A stretch of 64,000 nt of DNA from Anaerolineae bacterium (GTDB lineage: Bacteria; Chloroflexota; Anaerolineae; CG2-30-64-16): the NCBI GenBank assembly GCA_038214535.1, contig JBBQRS010000009.1, positions 4,176 to 68,175 on the forward strand, written 5' to 3'. This document shows, in pieces, positions 54,888 to 64,000 of this stretch. The notes under the pieces are model-generated. The model was not told where the DNA came from, searched no databases, and was given only the letters and a program-made list of their open reading frames with translations. Within the stretch, counting starts at the first letter, position 1. The number at the start of each line of letters is the position of its first letter. Position numbers and translations under genes: made by a program.

Positions 54888-56780
54888 CTATGCCAGCCAG
54901 GCCAGGTCGAGTTCCCGTAGCTTGGCGGGGGTTGGGTTGCCGGTGGCGACGTCCCAGCCGCACAGCGCATAGTAGTCATCCAGCGCTGCAGCCAGTTCCT
55001 CGCGGGTCACGGCCACACCGTCTGACGCGCCGCCCACCAGCGGGTCATCGAAGATGCGCTTCGGTAATGTGTCCTGATCGCGGCCCGCGCCCTCGCGCGC
55101 GTTGAAGGCGCGCATCAAGTTCAAGCGGCGCTCGCCGACGCGCTGCATCTCCTCGATGGTGAAATCCCAGCCGGTGGCGGCCCGCATCAGCGCGACCATG
55201 TCATCCGGCCCGAAGAGTTGCCACGACGGCCCATAGACGAACTGGCACAGGTCAGCGGTATCCATGAACGAGTAGTTCCACTGGGTGCGCATGGCATATT
55301 CGACCTTCGCGTGGTTGAGCGTCTGATTAGGTTGCGGGTCGGTGAGACCGAGCTGCGCCAGCCGTGTCAGGCTCTCCGCCGCCGCGTCAGGCGTGTAGCC
55401 CGGATCGTGTTCGTGCGATTGGTGGTCGGCCCCGAACGGGTTGACCGCGTAGATCAACGCGAGGCTGCGCTTGACCTGTGGCATGTGCGCCGGAAGCTCG
55501 CCCGCCTTGACGGCGACCACGTAGTCCTCAGAGCCTTTGCCGATGGCCTGCGCGGCGAGCGCGGAGCCTTCGCCCAGTAGCCGGCCCAATCCTTCGCGGT
55601 GTGCGATCTGCTCGACCATTTTCAGCATCGCGTCGGCGTCGCCGAAACGTAGCTCGATGCCGCCGGTATCCTCAAGCGTCAGGATGCCCCGCTCGAAGCA
55701 TTCCATGGCCCAGGCGATGGTCGCGCCGCACGCGATGGTGTCCACGCCGTACTCGGCGCAGAGCTGGTTCGCCAGCGACACGGCGGCGAGGTCGCCCACC
55801 ATACAGTAGGAGCCGAAGGTCGCCAGCGACTCATACTCCGCGCCGCCGTACAACCCGATCACGTCGCGTCCCTGGTACTCCGTCTCGACCACGCGCTTGC
55901 AGCGGACGGAGCAGGCGTAGCAGGTGTCGTTTTCCACCAGGATGGTGTCGGCCATCGTTTCGCCGCAAATCTCGTCGGCCTGCGCGAAGGTTCCGCTCGT
56001 GTAATTGCGTGTGGGCAACCCGCCGCTGGTGTCCTGATACATCACGACGCCCCCGGTGCCGTACTTTTGGAGCGCTTCGACATCGAGGTATTCGGGGATG
56101 GACTTTGCGCCTCGGCGCGCCAGCTTCGCAACGGCGGTTTTGTCGGCCAGGTTGATCTTGCCGTGACCGCGCACCGCGATGGCCTTGAGGTTTTTGCTGC
56201 CCATCACCGCGCCCATGCCGGTGCGCCCGTGGGCGCGATTCGACATGTTCATGATGGCTGCATAACGCACACCGCGCTCACCGGCGATGCCGCATTGCGC
56301 GACCTCGATCTTGGAGTCGCCTAACTCTTCCTGGATCAGGCGTTGCGCATCGCCGGTGGTCTGGTCCCACAGGTGTGACGCGTCGCACAGTTCCGCTTCG
56401 CCGTCATGCACCCAAAGGTAGACGGGGGTCGCGCTCTTGCCGGTGACCACGATGCCGTCGAACCCGGCGAACTTGAGCTCGGCGGGCCAGAAGCCGCCGG
56501 CCTGGCTGTCGCCGATCAGCCCGGAGAGCGGGCTTTTGGCGGTCGCGGTGGCGCGGCTCTGCCCGCTGATGGGCGCGCCGGTTGTGGCCGAAAGCATCAG
56601 GCTCAGCGTGTTTTCCGGCCCCAACGGGTCGGCCCCGGCGGGAGTGTTTTTCAGCAGGTAGTAAACGCCCATAGCGCTGCCGCCCACGTAGGTGCGATAA
56701 AATGCCTCTTCGGGCTGCTCGACCTCAATCTGCCCCGTGCTCAAATCAACGTGTAAAATCCTGCCCGCATATCCGTACAT
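54888..56780 (-). CDS. Tungsten-type aldehyde:ferredoxin oxidoreductase (AOR family), paralog 2.
   Basis: 'MYGYAGRILHVDLSTGQ'. 630 aa. Collinear with paralog 1. Confidence 0.85.
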   Translation of the reverse strand: MYGYAGRILHVDLSTGQIEVEQPEEAFYRTYVGGSAMGVYYLLKNTPAGADPLGPENTLSLMLSATTGAPISGQSRATATAKSPLSGLIGDSQAGGFWPAELKFAGFDGIVVTGKSATPVYLWVHDGEAELCDASHLWDQTTGDAQRLIQEELGDSKIEVAQCGIAGERGVRYAAIMNMSNRAHGRTGMGAVMGSKNLKAIAVRGHGKINLADKTAVAKLARRGAKSIPEYLDVEALQKYGTGGVVMYQDTSGGLPTRNYTSGTFAQADEICGETMADTILVENDTCYACSVRCKRVVETEYQGRDVIGLYGGAEYESLATFGSYCMVGDLAAVSLANQLCAEYGVDTIACGATIAWAMECFERGILTLEDTGGIELRFGDADAMLKMVEQIAHREGLGRLLGEGSALAAQAIGKGSEDYVVAVKAGELPAHMPQVKRSLALIYAVNPFGADHQSHEHDPGYTPDAAAESLTRLAQLGLTDPQPNQTLNHAKVEYAMRTQWNYSFMDTADLCQFVYGPSWQLFGPDDMVALMRAATGWDFTIEEMQRVGERRLNLMRAFNAREGAGRDQDTLPKRIFDDPLVGGASDGVAVTREELAAALDDYYALCGWDVATGNPTPAKLRELDLAWLA

Positions 56781-56803
56781 TGGTAATTCTCCTCATATTT
56801 TTT

Positions 56804-56866
56804 ACCACGAAGGAACGAAGAAGTGAAGTCTTTAAAAAAATCTTCGTTACTTCGCTTCTTCGTGGT
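56804..56866. promoter_or_regulatory. AT-rich inverted array of three ACGAAG units per arm at the AOR2 promoter.
   Basis: ccACGAAGgaACGAAGaagTGAAG, then tctttaaaaaaat, then CTTCGTtaCTTCGCttCTTCGTgg. In gene orientation it is followed by TGGTAAAAAAT (extended -10-like) and GAGGAG (Shine-Dalgarno). Confidence 0.5.
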
Positions 56867-56950
56867 GAATCCCTTTGACATGCTCCAGATTATAGTCCGA
56901 AAGAGCCATCTGTTCCAACCAGGGCCGAACTACAGAGTTTCGGCGGTTGG

Positions 56951-58069
56951 TTATGGGGTGTTCACCGGCGCTTTCGTAGCTGCGGGCTGTTGCTGGGTGA
57001 TGCAGTGGATGTTCCCACCGCCCAGCAGAATCTCCCGCGCGGGTATGCCCACGATACGGCGTTCGGGCAACAGGCGCGCCAGCGTTTCCAGCGCCGCGGC
57101 GTCATAGGGGCTGTTGAAGGTGGGCACGATGACGCCGCCGTTGGCGATGTAGAAATTGATGTAGGAGGCGGCGAGCCGGTTGCCCGCGCGGCGCGGCAGT
57201 GTGCCCGGTGCGTGTTGCACGCTGGCGCTCTCCTCTGCGGTGACGGTCAGTGGGTCGGGCTGGTGCAGCTTGACCACCTCCAGCGTGCGGCCGCGCGCGT
57301 CCGACGCCCGGCTCAGGCGTGCGTAGGCGTCCTGCGAGATTGGGTATTGCGGGTCGGTCGTGTCGCCCGTCCAGGTGAGGGTCACAACGCCGGGTCGGAC
57401 GAAGCAGCACAGGTTGTCTACGTGACCGTCCGTCTCGTCGCCATAGACGCCCTGCCCCAGCCAGATGATCTTCTCGATGCCCAGGTAGGCGCACAGATAC
57501 GCCTCGATCTGGGCTTGCGACAACGCGGGGTTACGGTTGGAATTGAGCAGGCATTCCTCGGTGACCAGCAGCGTCCCTTGCCCGTCGGCGTGGATCGCGC
57601 CGCCCTCCAGTACCAGCGGCGCGGCGTAGCAATCCAGCCGCTCGATCTCCAGTATCTTGCGCGCAACCAGTGTATCCTGTTCCCAACTCGCGTAGATGCC
57701 ACCCAGCGCGCCGCCGTAGGCGTTGAATTCCCAATCCACGCCGCGCACTTCGCCCCGGTCGTCTACCACGAAAGTGGGGCCGGTATCGCGCGCCCAGGCG
57801 TCGTCGCCGGCGATTTCGACCACGCGCACTTCGGGGGGCAGCAGACGTCGTGCATTGGCCCATTGCATGGCCGACGCGCCCACGCTCACCAGCTCGAAGC
57901 GAGCGATGGCTGTGGCAACGGCCGCGAACGCACCCTGCGCCGGAACTGCTGACTCGCGCCAGTTGTCGGGCCGTTCCGGCCATAGCAGCCAGCAACCGGC
58001 GTGCGGCTCCCATTCGGCGGGCATATGGAACCCGTCGGCGCGGGGGGTGGTGGTCAGGGTGCGCATCAT
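56951..58069 (-). CDS. aguA: Agmatine deiminase (PAD_porph family).
   Basis: '[25 protein letters not shown]' is the canonical AguA N-terminus. Start at the MMRTLTT ATG, four nt after the upstream stop. Confidence 0.85.
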   Translation of the reverse strand: MMRTLTTTPRADGFHMPAEWEPHAGCWLLWPERPDNWRESAVPAQGAFAAVATAIARFELVSVGASAMQWANARRLLPPEVRVVEIAGDDAWARDTGPTFVVDDRGEVRGVDWEFNAYGGALGGIYASWEQDTLVARKILEIERLDCYAAPLVLEGGAIHADGQGTLLVTEECLLNSNRNPALSQAQIEAYLCAYLGIEKIIWLGQGVYGDETDGHVDNLCCFVRPGVVTLTWTGDTTDPQYPISQDAYARLSRASDARGRTLEVVKLHQPDPLTVTAEESASVQHAPGTLPRRAGNRLAASYINFYIANGGVIVPTFNSPYDAAALETLARLLPERRIVGIPAREILLGGGNIHCITQQQPAATKAPVNTP

Positions 58070-58073
58070 GGCG

Positions 58074-59084
58074 CTACTCCGCGAGCAATGTCTCGATGCG
58101 CCCGCGGTGATACGCATGCAGGGCGAGCGAAGACTGTTTAAGACGCGGCTGAATCAACCACGCAAGCAACGCCTTCTCGGTGTGCAGGCGATTTTCGGCC
58201 TGGTCGAAGATGATGGATTGCGGCGAATCCAGCACCTCGTCGGTGGCCTCGACGCCGCGCGATGCAGGGAGGCAGTGCATGAACTGGCAATGCGCCGGGG
58301 CCAGCCGCAGCAAGTCCATGGTCACCTGATAGCGCGGCATGAAAGCGGCGCGCCGATCCGGGATCTCGTCTTCCTGGCCCACCCACCACCAGAGGTCGGT
58401 GTAGAGGAAGTCGGCTTTGCGCACGGCGGCCTCGACATCCTCGGTAATGGTCAGGCTGCCGCCCGACGCTGCGCAATTGGCTTCTGCCAGCGCGCGCCAC
58501 GCGACAGGGGGTTGATACCTTTCGGGCGCGGCGTGAGTGAAGTGCATTCCCAGCCGGGTGCAGATCAGCATCAACGAATTGAGAACGTTGGTCGCGTCGC
58601 CGACGAAGGTGACATGCAGGTCTTCCAGCCGCTTGCCCGCGGGTAGATATTCGGTCATGGTGAAGACGTCACACACGGCCTGCGTGGGATGGTTGTAGTC
58701 GGTCAGGCCGTTGATCACCGGCACGGTGGCCGTCTCCGCCAGTTCGGTGATCGTCGCATGTTTCAGGGTGCGCGCCATGATGCAATCGGTCATGCGCGAG
58801 ATGACTTTTGCCGTGTCGCCCAGCGACTCGCGCGCGCCCAGGTGAATTTCGCCCGGCTTGAGATAGAGCGCGTGACCGCCGAGTTCCGTCATCGCGACCT
58901 CGAACGAAATGTGCGTCCGGGTGGACGGCTCCTCGAAGATCATCGCCAGCGACGCATCGGGCAACAGCTTCGGGGTCACGCCCTGTTGATCGGCTTCCTT
59001 CAGCCTGCGCACCAGTTCGATCAGATGGAGTAATTCTTCCCGGGTGTAGTCTTGCGTGTCAACGAAATGGCGTAGTTGCATCAC
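58074..59084 (-). CDS. Putrescine/ornithine carbamoyltransferase (ATCase/OTCase family), putrescine carbamoyltransferase by context.
   Basis: '[12 protein letters not shown]' carbamoyl-phosphate motif and 'HCLPA' motif. Sits between aguA and patA. Confidence 0.8.
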   Translation of the reverse strand: MMQLRHFVDTQDYTREELLHLIELVRRLKEADQQGVTPKLLPDASLAMIFEEPSTRTHISFEVAMTELGGHALYLKPGEIHLGARESLGDTAKVISRMTDCIMARTLKHATITELAETATVPVINGLTDYNHPTQAVCDVFTMTEYLPAGKRLEDLHVTFVGDATNVLNSLMLICTRLGMHFTHAAPERYQPPVAWRALAEANCAASGGSLTITEDVEAAVRKADFLYTDLWWWVGQEDEIPDRRAAFMPRYQVTMDLLRLAPAHCQFMHCLPASRGVEATDEVLDSPQSIIFDQAENRLHTEKALLAWLIQPRLKQSSLALHAYHRGRIETLLAE

Positions 59085-59092
59085 GTAGACCC

Positions 59093-60451
59093 CTAAACCG
59101 CTGCGCTGATTTCGGCCAGCGTATCGGCCAGCCGGTCGAGCACGGCGTCAATCTGCTCGTAAGTGATAATCAACGGCGGCTCGATGCGGACGGTGTGTGC
59201 GCTGGTGAGCGTTCCAGCAACCAGGACGCCGCGCTGGAACAGCCCCGCGGCGACTTTGTAGCCGATCTCTGCATCATTGAAGTGTTGCCCGATGAGCAAG
59301 CCCTTGCCGGTGATGCCCTCGTAGATGGCGGGGTATTGTTCGGCCAGCGCGTTCAGGTGCGCCATGAAGTACTCGCCCTTCGCGGCGGCCTGCTCCCACA
59401 ACCGGTCGCGCAGCGTGACGTTGATGGCGGCGATGGCCGCGCTGCACGCCAGCGCCCCGCCGCCGGTGGTGGTGGTGTGGATGAACGGGTTGGGGTCCAT
59501 CATCACCTGCCAGATTTCTTCGGTCGAGCAGAAGGCGCTCACGGGCATCACGCCACCGCCCAGCGACTTGGCGACCGAAAGGATGTCGGGCGCGACGTCC
59601 CAGTGATCCACGCCCCAGAGTTTGCCGGTGCGGCCCATGCCGGTCTGCACCTCATCTGCGATGAGCAGCACGCCATAGCGCCGGGTCATCTCGCGCAAGC
59701 GCGGCCAAAAGTCATCGGGAGGCACGATCGCGCCGGCCTCGCCCTGGATCGGCTCCATCAGGACGCCGGCAATGTCTACGCCCACCTGTTGACAGATTGC
59801 GAGCTGACGCTCCACTGCATCGGCGTCGCCGTAGGGCACGTGGTAGACCGGCCCGCCGTAGAGCGTGCCGGGCGGCTGGCGATAGTCGGCCTTGCCCATC
59901 ATGCTTAGGCTGCCCATCGTCTTGCCGTGGAACGCCTTGACCGCGACAATGAAGCCGTTCTTCTTCGTGTACATTTTCGCCAGTTTGATCGCGCCCTCGA
60001 TGGCCTCGGTGCCGCTGGCGCAGAAGAAGCTGTACTTGATGTCACCAGGGGTAATCTGGGCCATCAGGCGAGCCAGCACACCACGCAGCGGGTCAATCAG
60101 CTCCTGGCTGGGCATGGGGGTGCGGTCGAGTTGGTTGCGCACCGCCTCGACCACTTCGGGGTGGCCCCAGCCCAGGTCCATCATGCCGTAACCGCCCAGG
60201 CAATCAATGTATTCGCGGCCCAATACATCGCGGAAGATTGCGCCTTCCCCCGTCCATTCCGTCACGGCCCAATCGCCGGCCTCCGTCACCGACTTGCGAT
60301 AGTTCAGCCAGCCGCGGTTGAAATGCTCGGCGAAATTATACAGGCTTTCGTTGATGATTTCCTTGCCCTGGGCTTCGGACACAACGGGGGATTTGATGAG
60401 CTCGAGCCAGCGCGTCGAGTAGGCGATAGCGTCATCGAATGATTGTGGCAT
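59093..60451 (-). CDS. patA: Putrescine aminotransferase (class III PLP aminotransferase, PatA/YgjG-like).
   Basis: N-terminus collinear with E. coli PatA (NRGWLNYRKSVT...REYIDCLGGYG...SQELIDPLR...KYSFFCASGTE). Confidence 0.8.
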   Translation of the reverse strand: MPQSFDDAIAYSTRWLELIKSPVVSEAQGKEIINESLYNFAEHFNRGWLNYRKSVTEAGDWAVTEWTGEGAIFRDVLGREYIDCLGGYGMMDLGWGHPEVVEAVRNQLDRTPMPSQELIDPLRGVLARLMAQITPGDIKYSFFCASGTEAIEGAIKLAKMYTKKNGFIVAVKAFHGKTMGSLSMMGKADYRQPPGTLYGGPVYHVPYGDADAVERQLAICQQVGVDIAGVLMEPIQGEAGAIVPPDDFWPRLREMTRRYGVLLIADEVQTGMGRTGKLWGVDHWDVAPDILSVAKSLGGGVMPVSAFCSTEEIWQVMMDPNPFIHTTTTGGGALACSAAIAAINVTLRDRLWEQAAAKGEYFMAHLNALAEQYPAIYEGITGKGLLIGQHFNDAEIGYKVAAGLFQRGVLVAGTLTSAHTVRIEPPLIITYEQIDAVLDRLADTLAEISAAV

Positions 60452-60478
60452 AGAGAACGCTCCTTCGGTGAAATGGAG

Positions 60479-60955
60479 TCAGGCGGCGCACCGGCCCGAT
60501 GGGATAGGCCAGCCGTGGTCGTCTTTAAGGATGATGGGCAGCAAGACGGTGGTCGTCCTGCGGACGCCGGGGACATCGGCAATGACCTCGGTGACGAAAC
60601 GGTAGAGGCTGCCGTTGTCTTCGGCCACGATCTGGATGCTCAGGTCGTTCGCGCCGGTCGAGCACGCGACGTAGGTGACACAGTCGAATTCCGCGATCTG
60701 CTTGCCGGCAGCCATCACGCGCCCTGGTTCGACTTCGATAAACACGTCCGCCGTAACAGGCAGCCCAACGGCGGCGCGGTTTACGACCGCGGTTACCTGG
60801 ATGACCTTCTCGCGGATCAAGCGGTCGAGCCGGTAGCGGACGGCGCGTTCGGTGATATTGCCGATACGTTGGGCCATGTCTGCACCCGACATGCGCCCAT
60901 CTTCGATCAGCAGATCAACAATCGCGCGGTCAATGGGGTTAATTTTGGTAGGCAT
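60479..60955 (-). CDS. Lrp/AsnC-family transcriptional regulator.
   Basis: HTH 'IDRAIVDLLIEDGRMSGADMAQRIGNITERAVRYRL' plus a C-terminal RAM domain. Start set at MPTKINP. Confidence 0.8.
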   Translation of the reverse strand: MPTKINPIDRAIVDLLIEDGRMSGADMAQRIGNITERAVRYRLDRLIREKVIQVTAVVNRAAVGLPVTADVFIEVEPGRVMAAGKQIAEFDCVTYVACSTGANDLSIQIVAEDNGSLYRFVTEVIADVPGVRRTTTVLLPIILKDDHGWPIPSGRCAA

Positions 60956-61072
60956 GACGGCATCCGTAGGAGTAACACTGTTTCGGAAGGAAATGCTACC
61001 TTGTGTTTCCGAAAACGTCAAAGAATGGGAAATATATGATGATAATGCCGTAATTAAAATCTGGAGTCCGCG

Positions 61073-61100
61073 TTGCTATGTTTGCAATTGGTGCTATAAT
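61073..61100 (+). promoter_or_regulatory. Promoter with extended -10: TTGCTA, 16-nt spacer, TGcTATAAT.
   Basis: TTGCTA at 61073-61078 and TATAAT at 61095-61100 in an AT-rich divergent region between lrp and the DUF1003 gene. Confidence 0.45.
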
Positions 61101-61179
61101 CGCATGGAAATCGCCCGTCATGCAGGGTCGGTTCCGGTGAAAGGCCGGATGGATCATCCTATATGTAGGAAGTTCAAAG

Positions 61180-61710
61180 ATGGAGCAAACGGATTCAACC
61201 ACGATACCCGTGCCCCGTTATCCGCATCTGCATCCGCCGGTGCAGAACGTCAACGACGTGCTTGCCGAACAAATTACGCTGGAGCAGCGCGCCGCCGATG
61301 CCTTTGCCAATCTGATCGGGAGTTGGCGTTTTATCATCGTGCAGAGCGTGATTCTGTTCATCTGGATCATCCTCAATGTCATGGCCTGGATCAATCACTG
61401 GGATCCATACCCGTTCATCCTGCTTAATCTGGCGCTCAGCTTTCAGGCGGCCTACTCCGGCCCCATCATCATGATGAGCCAGAACCGCCAGGCCGAGAAA
61501 GACCGGCTGACGGCGCAACTCGATTATGAAGTTAACGTCAAGGCGGAAGATGAAATTCAGGCGTTGATGTGTCGGATCGAAGACACTGAGGCCTATGTGT
61601 TGGAGATCTTGACGCTGCTGAAGGAGCAGGAGAAGCGACTGAAGAGGCAGGAGCAGTTACTAAACGGGCAGGAAAATGGGAACAGCACCCAGCCCGGGCC
61701 GAGGGTATGA
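61180..61710 (+). CDS. DUF1003 domain membrane protein.
   Basis: 'FILLNLALSFQAAYSGPIIMMSQNRQAEKDRLTAQLDYEVNVKAEDEI' DUF1003 signature. Two TM helices and a C-terminal coiled coil. Confidence 0.8.
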   Translation: MEQTDSTTIPVPRYPHLHPPVQNVNDVLAEQITLEQRAADAFANLIGSWRFIIVQSVILFIWIILNVMAWINHWDPYPFILLNLALSFQAAYSGPIIMMSQNRQAEKDRLTAQLDYEVNVKAEDEIQALMCRIEDTEAYVLEILTLLKEQEKRLKRQEQLLNGQENGNSTQPGPRV

Positions 61711-61714
61711 AACT

Positions 61715-62467
61715 TTAAAATATGGCTTGCTGTGATGTTACCCAGGCGGAGTCCATCTTTTGCAAGCGATTCTTCTTGAGGTTTTCCCGCATGATCCAGC
61801 GCACATCGGGATCGGCAGAGGTTAACCACTGCTCTATTAAAGGCTTGCCGGTTTCCGGATGGGCGGCGACGGCCACGCTCCAACAATAGCCAAGCGCCTG
61901 CCGCAGGGTTTTGAATGCGGCGGATTTGCGGGCCGGTTGTGGAGTTTGACTGAGGCGGACTGTGATTTCGTCGAGAATTTGAAGCACGTGTGCCGCGTGG
62001 TCGGGACTTCGTAACAGGCGCGGCTCGCACAAGGCCGCGGCAGCAGCGCGCTGCACCAGAGGATCATTCGTTGTTGCCCAGGTCTGCATCTCCGCCAACA
62101 GCGCGGCCATGTCCGCGTCGCCCCAACGTTGAAACGCCATTGCGACTGCCTCGCGGGTGCGCCAGCGCGGATCGGCGGCGAACGCGCGCAGTTCTTGCCG
62201 CCCCGAGATCGTTTCCCCTCTGGTCAGAGCTCGCCCCAATCCCAACACACCGCAAAACGTCAGGAACTCTTCCGGGGAGTTGACGGGGGCCTGTTCCGGG
62301 GTTAGCGCACGCCAGCGGGCGAGTTGCGCGTCGCTCGCTTCATCCGCCACAACTTGCGCCAGCTCCAGGTTGCCGCGCGGGCCGGGGAGGCCGGAATGCG
62401 CAAGCAGATACGGCTCCCACTCGGAGAGGGCGCGCAGATGGCGGCGATACTCGTCAGATTTGCTCAT
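61715..62467 (-). CDS. DNA alkylation repair (AlkD-like HEAT-repeat) protein, tentative.
   Basis: 250-aa all-helical protein, weak resemblance to PF08713. Immediately downstream of sbcD. Confidence 0.4.
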   Translation of the reverse strand: MSKSDEYRRHLRALSEWEPYLLAHSGLPGPRGNLELAQVVADEASDAQLARWRALTPEQAPVNSPEEFLTFCGVLGLGRALTRGETISGRQELRAFAADPRWRTREAVAMAFQRWGDADMAALLAEMQTWATTNDPLVQRAAAAALCEPRLLRSPDHAAHVLQILDEITVRLSQTPQPARKSAAFKTLRQALGYCWSVAVAAHPETGKPLIEQWLTSADPDVRWIMRENLKKNRLQKMDSAWVTSQQAIF

Positions 62468-62494
62468 GGCCGGTTCGTGAACGTGCCTGATCGG

Positions 62495-63745
62495 TTACTC
62501 TGCGAAGTCGTCCTGCATCAGGGTTTGCGCGCGCTCCAGCAGCAGCTTGGTGCGTTCGGGCGCGACGCCACGGGCCTCGAAGTAGTGCTCCAGAAGTTGC
62601 AGGGGCGTCAGGGCCTCGACCGAAATGCCGCCAAGACGGCTGCGCTCGACCCGCTGAACGTCTTTCTGCAGCGCAGCGACGAAGTAGGCGTCATCCAGCG
62701 CGCGCTTGATCTCCCGCTCGACCAGCAACGGCTCCTGTTCCTGGCGGAGTTTTACGATCAAGCGCACAACGGTCGTGCTGAGGTCGTCATGGCGCTGGAT
62801 TTCGGCGATTATGGCCTCGGTGGGATCGGTGGCTTCGCGCACGTCGACTTCGATTGTCAGGAACGGGCGTGCCTTGAGATGATAACCGGTAAGAAACTCC
62901 CAGGTGGTTGGCCCGTCGCTGATCTCCGCAACGACAAACCCTTTTTTCTCGTGCTCCTCGCCGAAATCAATCCGCTCGATGCTGCCGCTGTAGACGATGG
63001 GCGGCTGGAGGTCATGGTTGAGGCTCTGGTGTTTGTGGATATGCCCCATGGCAACGTAACGCCAGGCGGGGTTCGCCAGCTCGGAGCGCGGCACCGACGC
63101 ATCGCGCCCGATCATGATGTTCTTCTCCGAGCCGGTACTGGCCTCACTGACGCTGAAATGGCCCATCAGGATGGCCGGCACATCCGGGGTCTTGTGCGCT
63201 TCCTCCGCCAGCGCCCGCGCGTTGTCAATCATGATGCTCTGAAGGAGGCCATCCAGCTCGGCCAGGCTCTTGCCCTGGTGGTCTTCGCGGCTGATCAGCG
63301 CCGACCGCAACGGGTAGGGGATCGCCGCAACGTTGAGCCGTTGACCGTCGCGGCACGTGATCGGATAGATTTCCTCGCGATAGGCCACGGTGACGTTAGG
63401 CACATCGAGCGTGCCGAAGATGTCAATGCTGCTGGCGCGCCGCGAGACGGCGGGCAGGTCGTGATTGCCCACCAGCATTACCACGGGAATGCCCGCATCG
63501 GCAACGCGTTTGATGCGCCGTGCGAACTCGCGCTGATAGGTGGGGTTGGGGTCGCGCGTGCGATACGCGTCGCCCGCGAAGATCAACACGTCAACGTCGT
63601 TTTCGATGGCATAGTCGCCGATGTCGGTCAGCCGGCGCAGGAAGTCCATGACGCGCGCGTTGATCCCCGTCTCCGGGTCCACGCGCCCGTAGTTCTCCAT
63701 GCCGATGTGAATGTCGGCGGTGTGCAACAGTTTGATCGGTTTCAT
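62495..63745 (-). CDS. sbcD: DNA repair exonuclease SbcD/Mre11 (calcineurin-like phosphoesterase).
   Basis: 'IKLLHTADIHIG', 'DVLIFAGDAY', 'VMLVGNHD' and 'GHIHK' phosphoesterase motifs. Start at MKPIK. Confidence 0.85.
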   Translation of the reverse strand: MKPIKLLHTADIHIGMENYGRVDPETGINARVMDFLRRLTDIGDYAIENDVDVLIFAGDAYRTRDPNPTYQREFARRIKRVADAGIPVVMLVGNHDLPAVSRRASSIDIFGTLDVPNVTVAYREEIYPITCRDGQRLNVAAIPYPLRSALISREDHQGKSLAELDGLLQSIMIDNARALAEEAHKTPDVPAILMGHFSVSEASTGSEKNIMIGRDASVPRSELANPAWRYVAMGHIHKHQSLNHDLQPPIVYSGSIERIDFGEEHEKKGFVVAEISDGPTTWEFLTGYHLKARPFLTIEVDVREATDPTEAIIAEIQRHDDLSTTVVRLIVKLRQEQEPLLVEREIKRALDDAYFVAALQKDVQRVERSRLGGISVEALTPLQLLEHYFEARGVAPERTKLLLERAQTLMQDDFAE

Positions 63746-64000
63746 GGGGTCACGCATCTCTTTGCGGCAGCCATTGAACCGTCACGAAGTGCTCTACGGC
63801 GTGGAATTTCAGTTCCGACTTCATGCTAGGGCGTCACTGCTATTCTACGCCCCCCATCTTCATCCATCAACGGTTAGCCAACAGCTAACCAGGAACTGCC
63901 TTGAGAATAGCTCTGCCCGGCACTTGCCAGAGCAGTCTGAGTTGGTGTTGTTTGTAGTGACGTCATTTTCATGTGCAGCGGTGAGCATTGGCATATAGAC

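Noticed and set aside
62324-63829. 501-aa plus-strand ORF.
   Set aside because: It is antisense to sbcD, which has unmistakable Mre11 phosphoesterase motifs on the minus strand.
63951-63962. Possible third copy of the 65-bp palindromic element (TTTGTAGTGACG).
   Set aside because: Only the first 12 nt match, the sequence then diverges, and no inverted partner is visible before the window ends. It may be a degraded copy or chance, so I do not call it a feature.

Overview
High-GC (~65%) bacterial chromosomal window of about 58 protein-coding genes and one tRNA-Lys(UUU), with no CRISPR array, rRNA or obvious integrase. From gene content (LTD and DUF11 surface domains, PMT_2/DUF2723 GT-C glycosyltransferases, tungsten-type aldehyde:ferredoxin oxidoreductases, class E-like sortase) I infer a Chloroflexota-like organism, but I cannot verify this.

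Gene order along the window:
- 1-9.8 kb: partial LTD surface protein, MFS transporter, ftsK, GT39 mannosyltransferase-like protein, and a MoxR-DUF58-DUF4129 triad.
- 9.8-19 kb: queA and ruvB on the minus strand, a DksA/TraR-family gene, upp, dCMP deaminase, tRNA-Lys, an M1 peptidase, and a histidine kinase/OmpR pair divergent from a secreted protein built from a tandem-duplicated unknown domain.
- 19.1-31.9 kb: ten co-directional minus-strand genes forming a cell-envelope locus. It contains two paralogous modules of an Fn3-like membrane-anchored protein plus a C25 (gingipain-like) cysteine peptidase, a PghP-family hydrolase, DUF4012, DUF2723, DUF11, a flippase-like UPF0104 protein and a sortase.
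- 31.9-35 kb: divergently from the sortase, a lexA gene whose promoter carries two GAAC-N4-GTTC boxes, followed by a soluble motor-only FtsK-like ATPase and small membrane/unknown proteins.
- 35-47 kb: holA, a GT2 glycosyltransferase translationally coupled to a second flippase-like protein, mutS2, and mrpA(B)CDEFG.
- 47-64 kb: a nucleotidyltransferase-phosphohexomutase fusion, a phosphohexomutase, a multiheme cytochrome c, two AOR genes, an agmatine/putrescine catabolic operon (aguA, putrescine carbamoyltransferase, patA) preceded by lrp, a DUF1003 protein, a DNA-alkylation-repair-like protein and sbcD.

The two findings I rate highest are (i) the 19-32 kb envelope locus, a candidate surface-protein processing/attachment system, and (ii) the lexA-linked FtsK-like module, a candidate SOS chromosome/division control module.

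Other non-coding and pathway signals:
- AT-rich arrays of 'ACGAAG' half-sites sit upstream of both AOR genes.
- A 65-bp nested palindromic repeat occurs twice.
- A 23-nt near-identical motif occurs in two intergenic regions.
- The AOR pair lies downstream of the putrescine operon and could supply the missing 4-aminobutanal-oxidising step.
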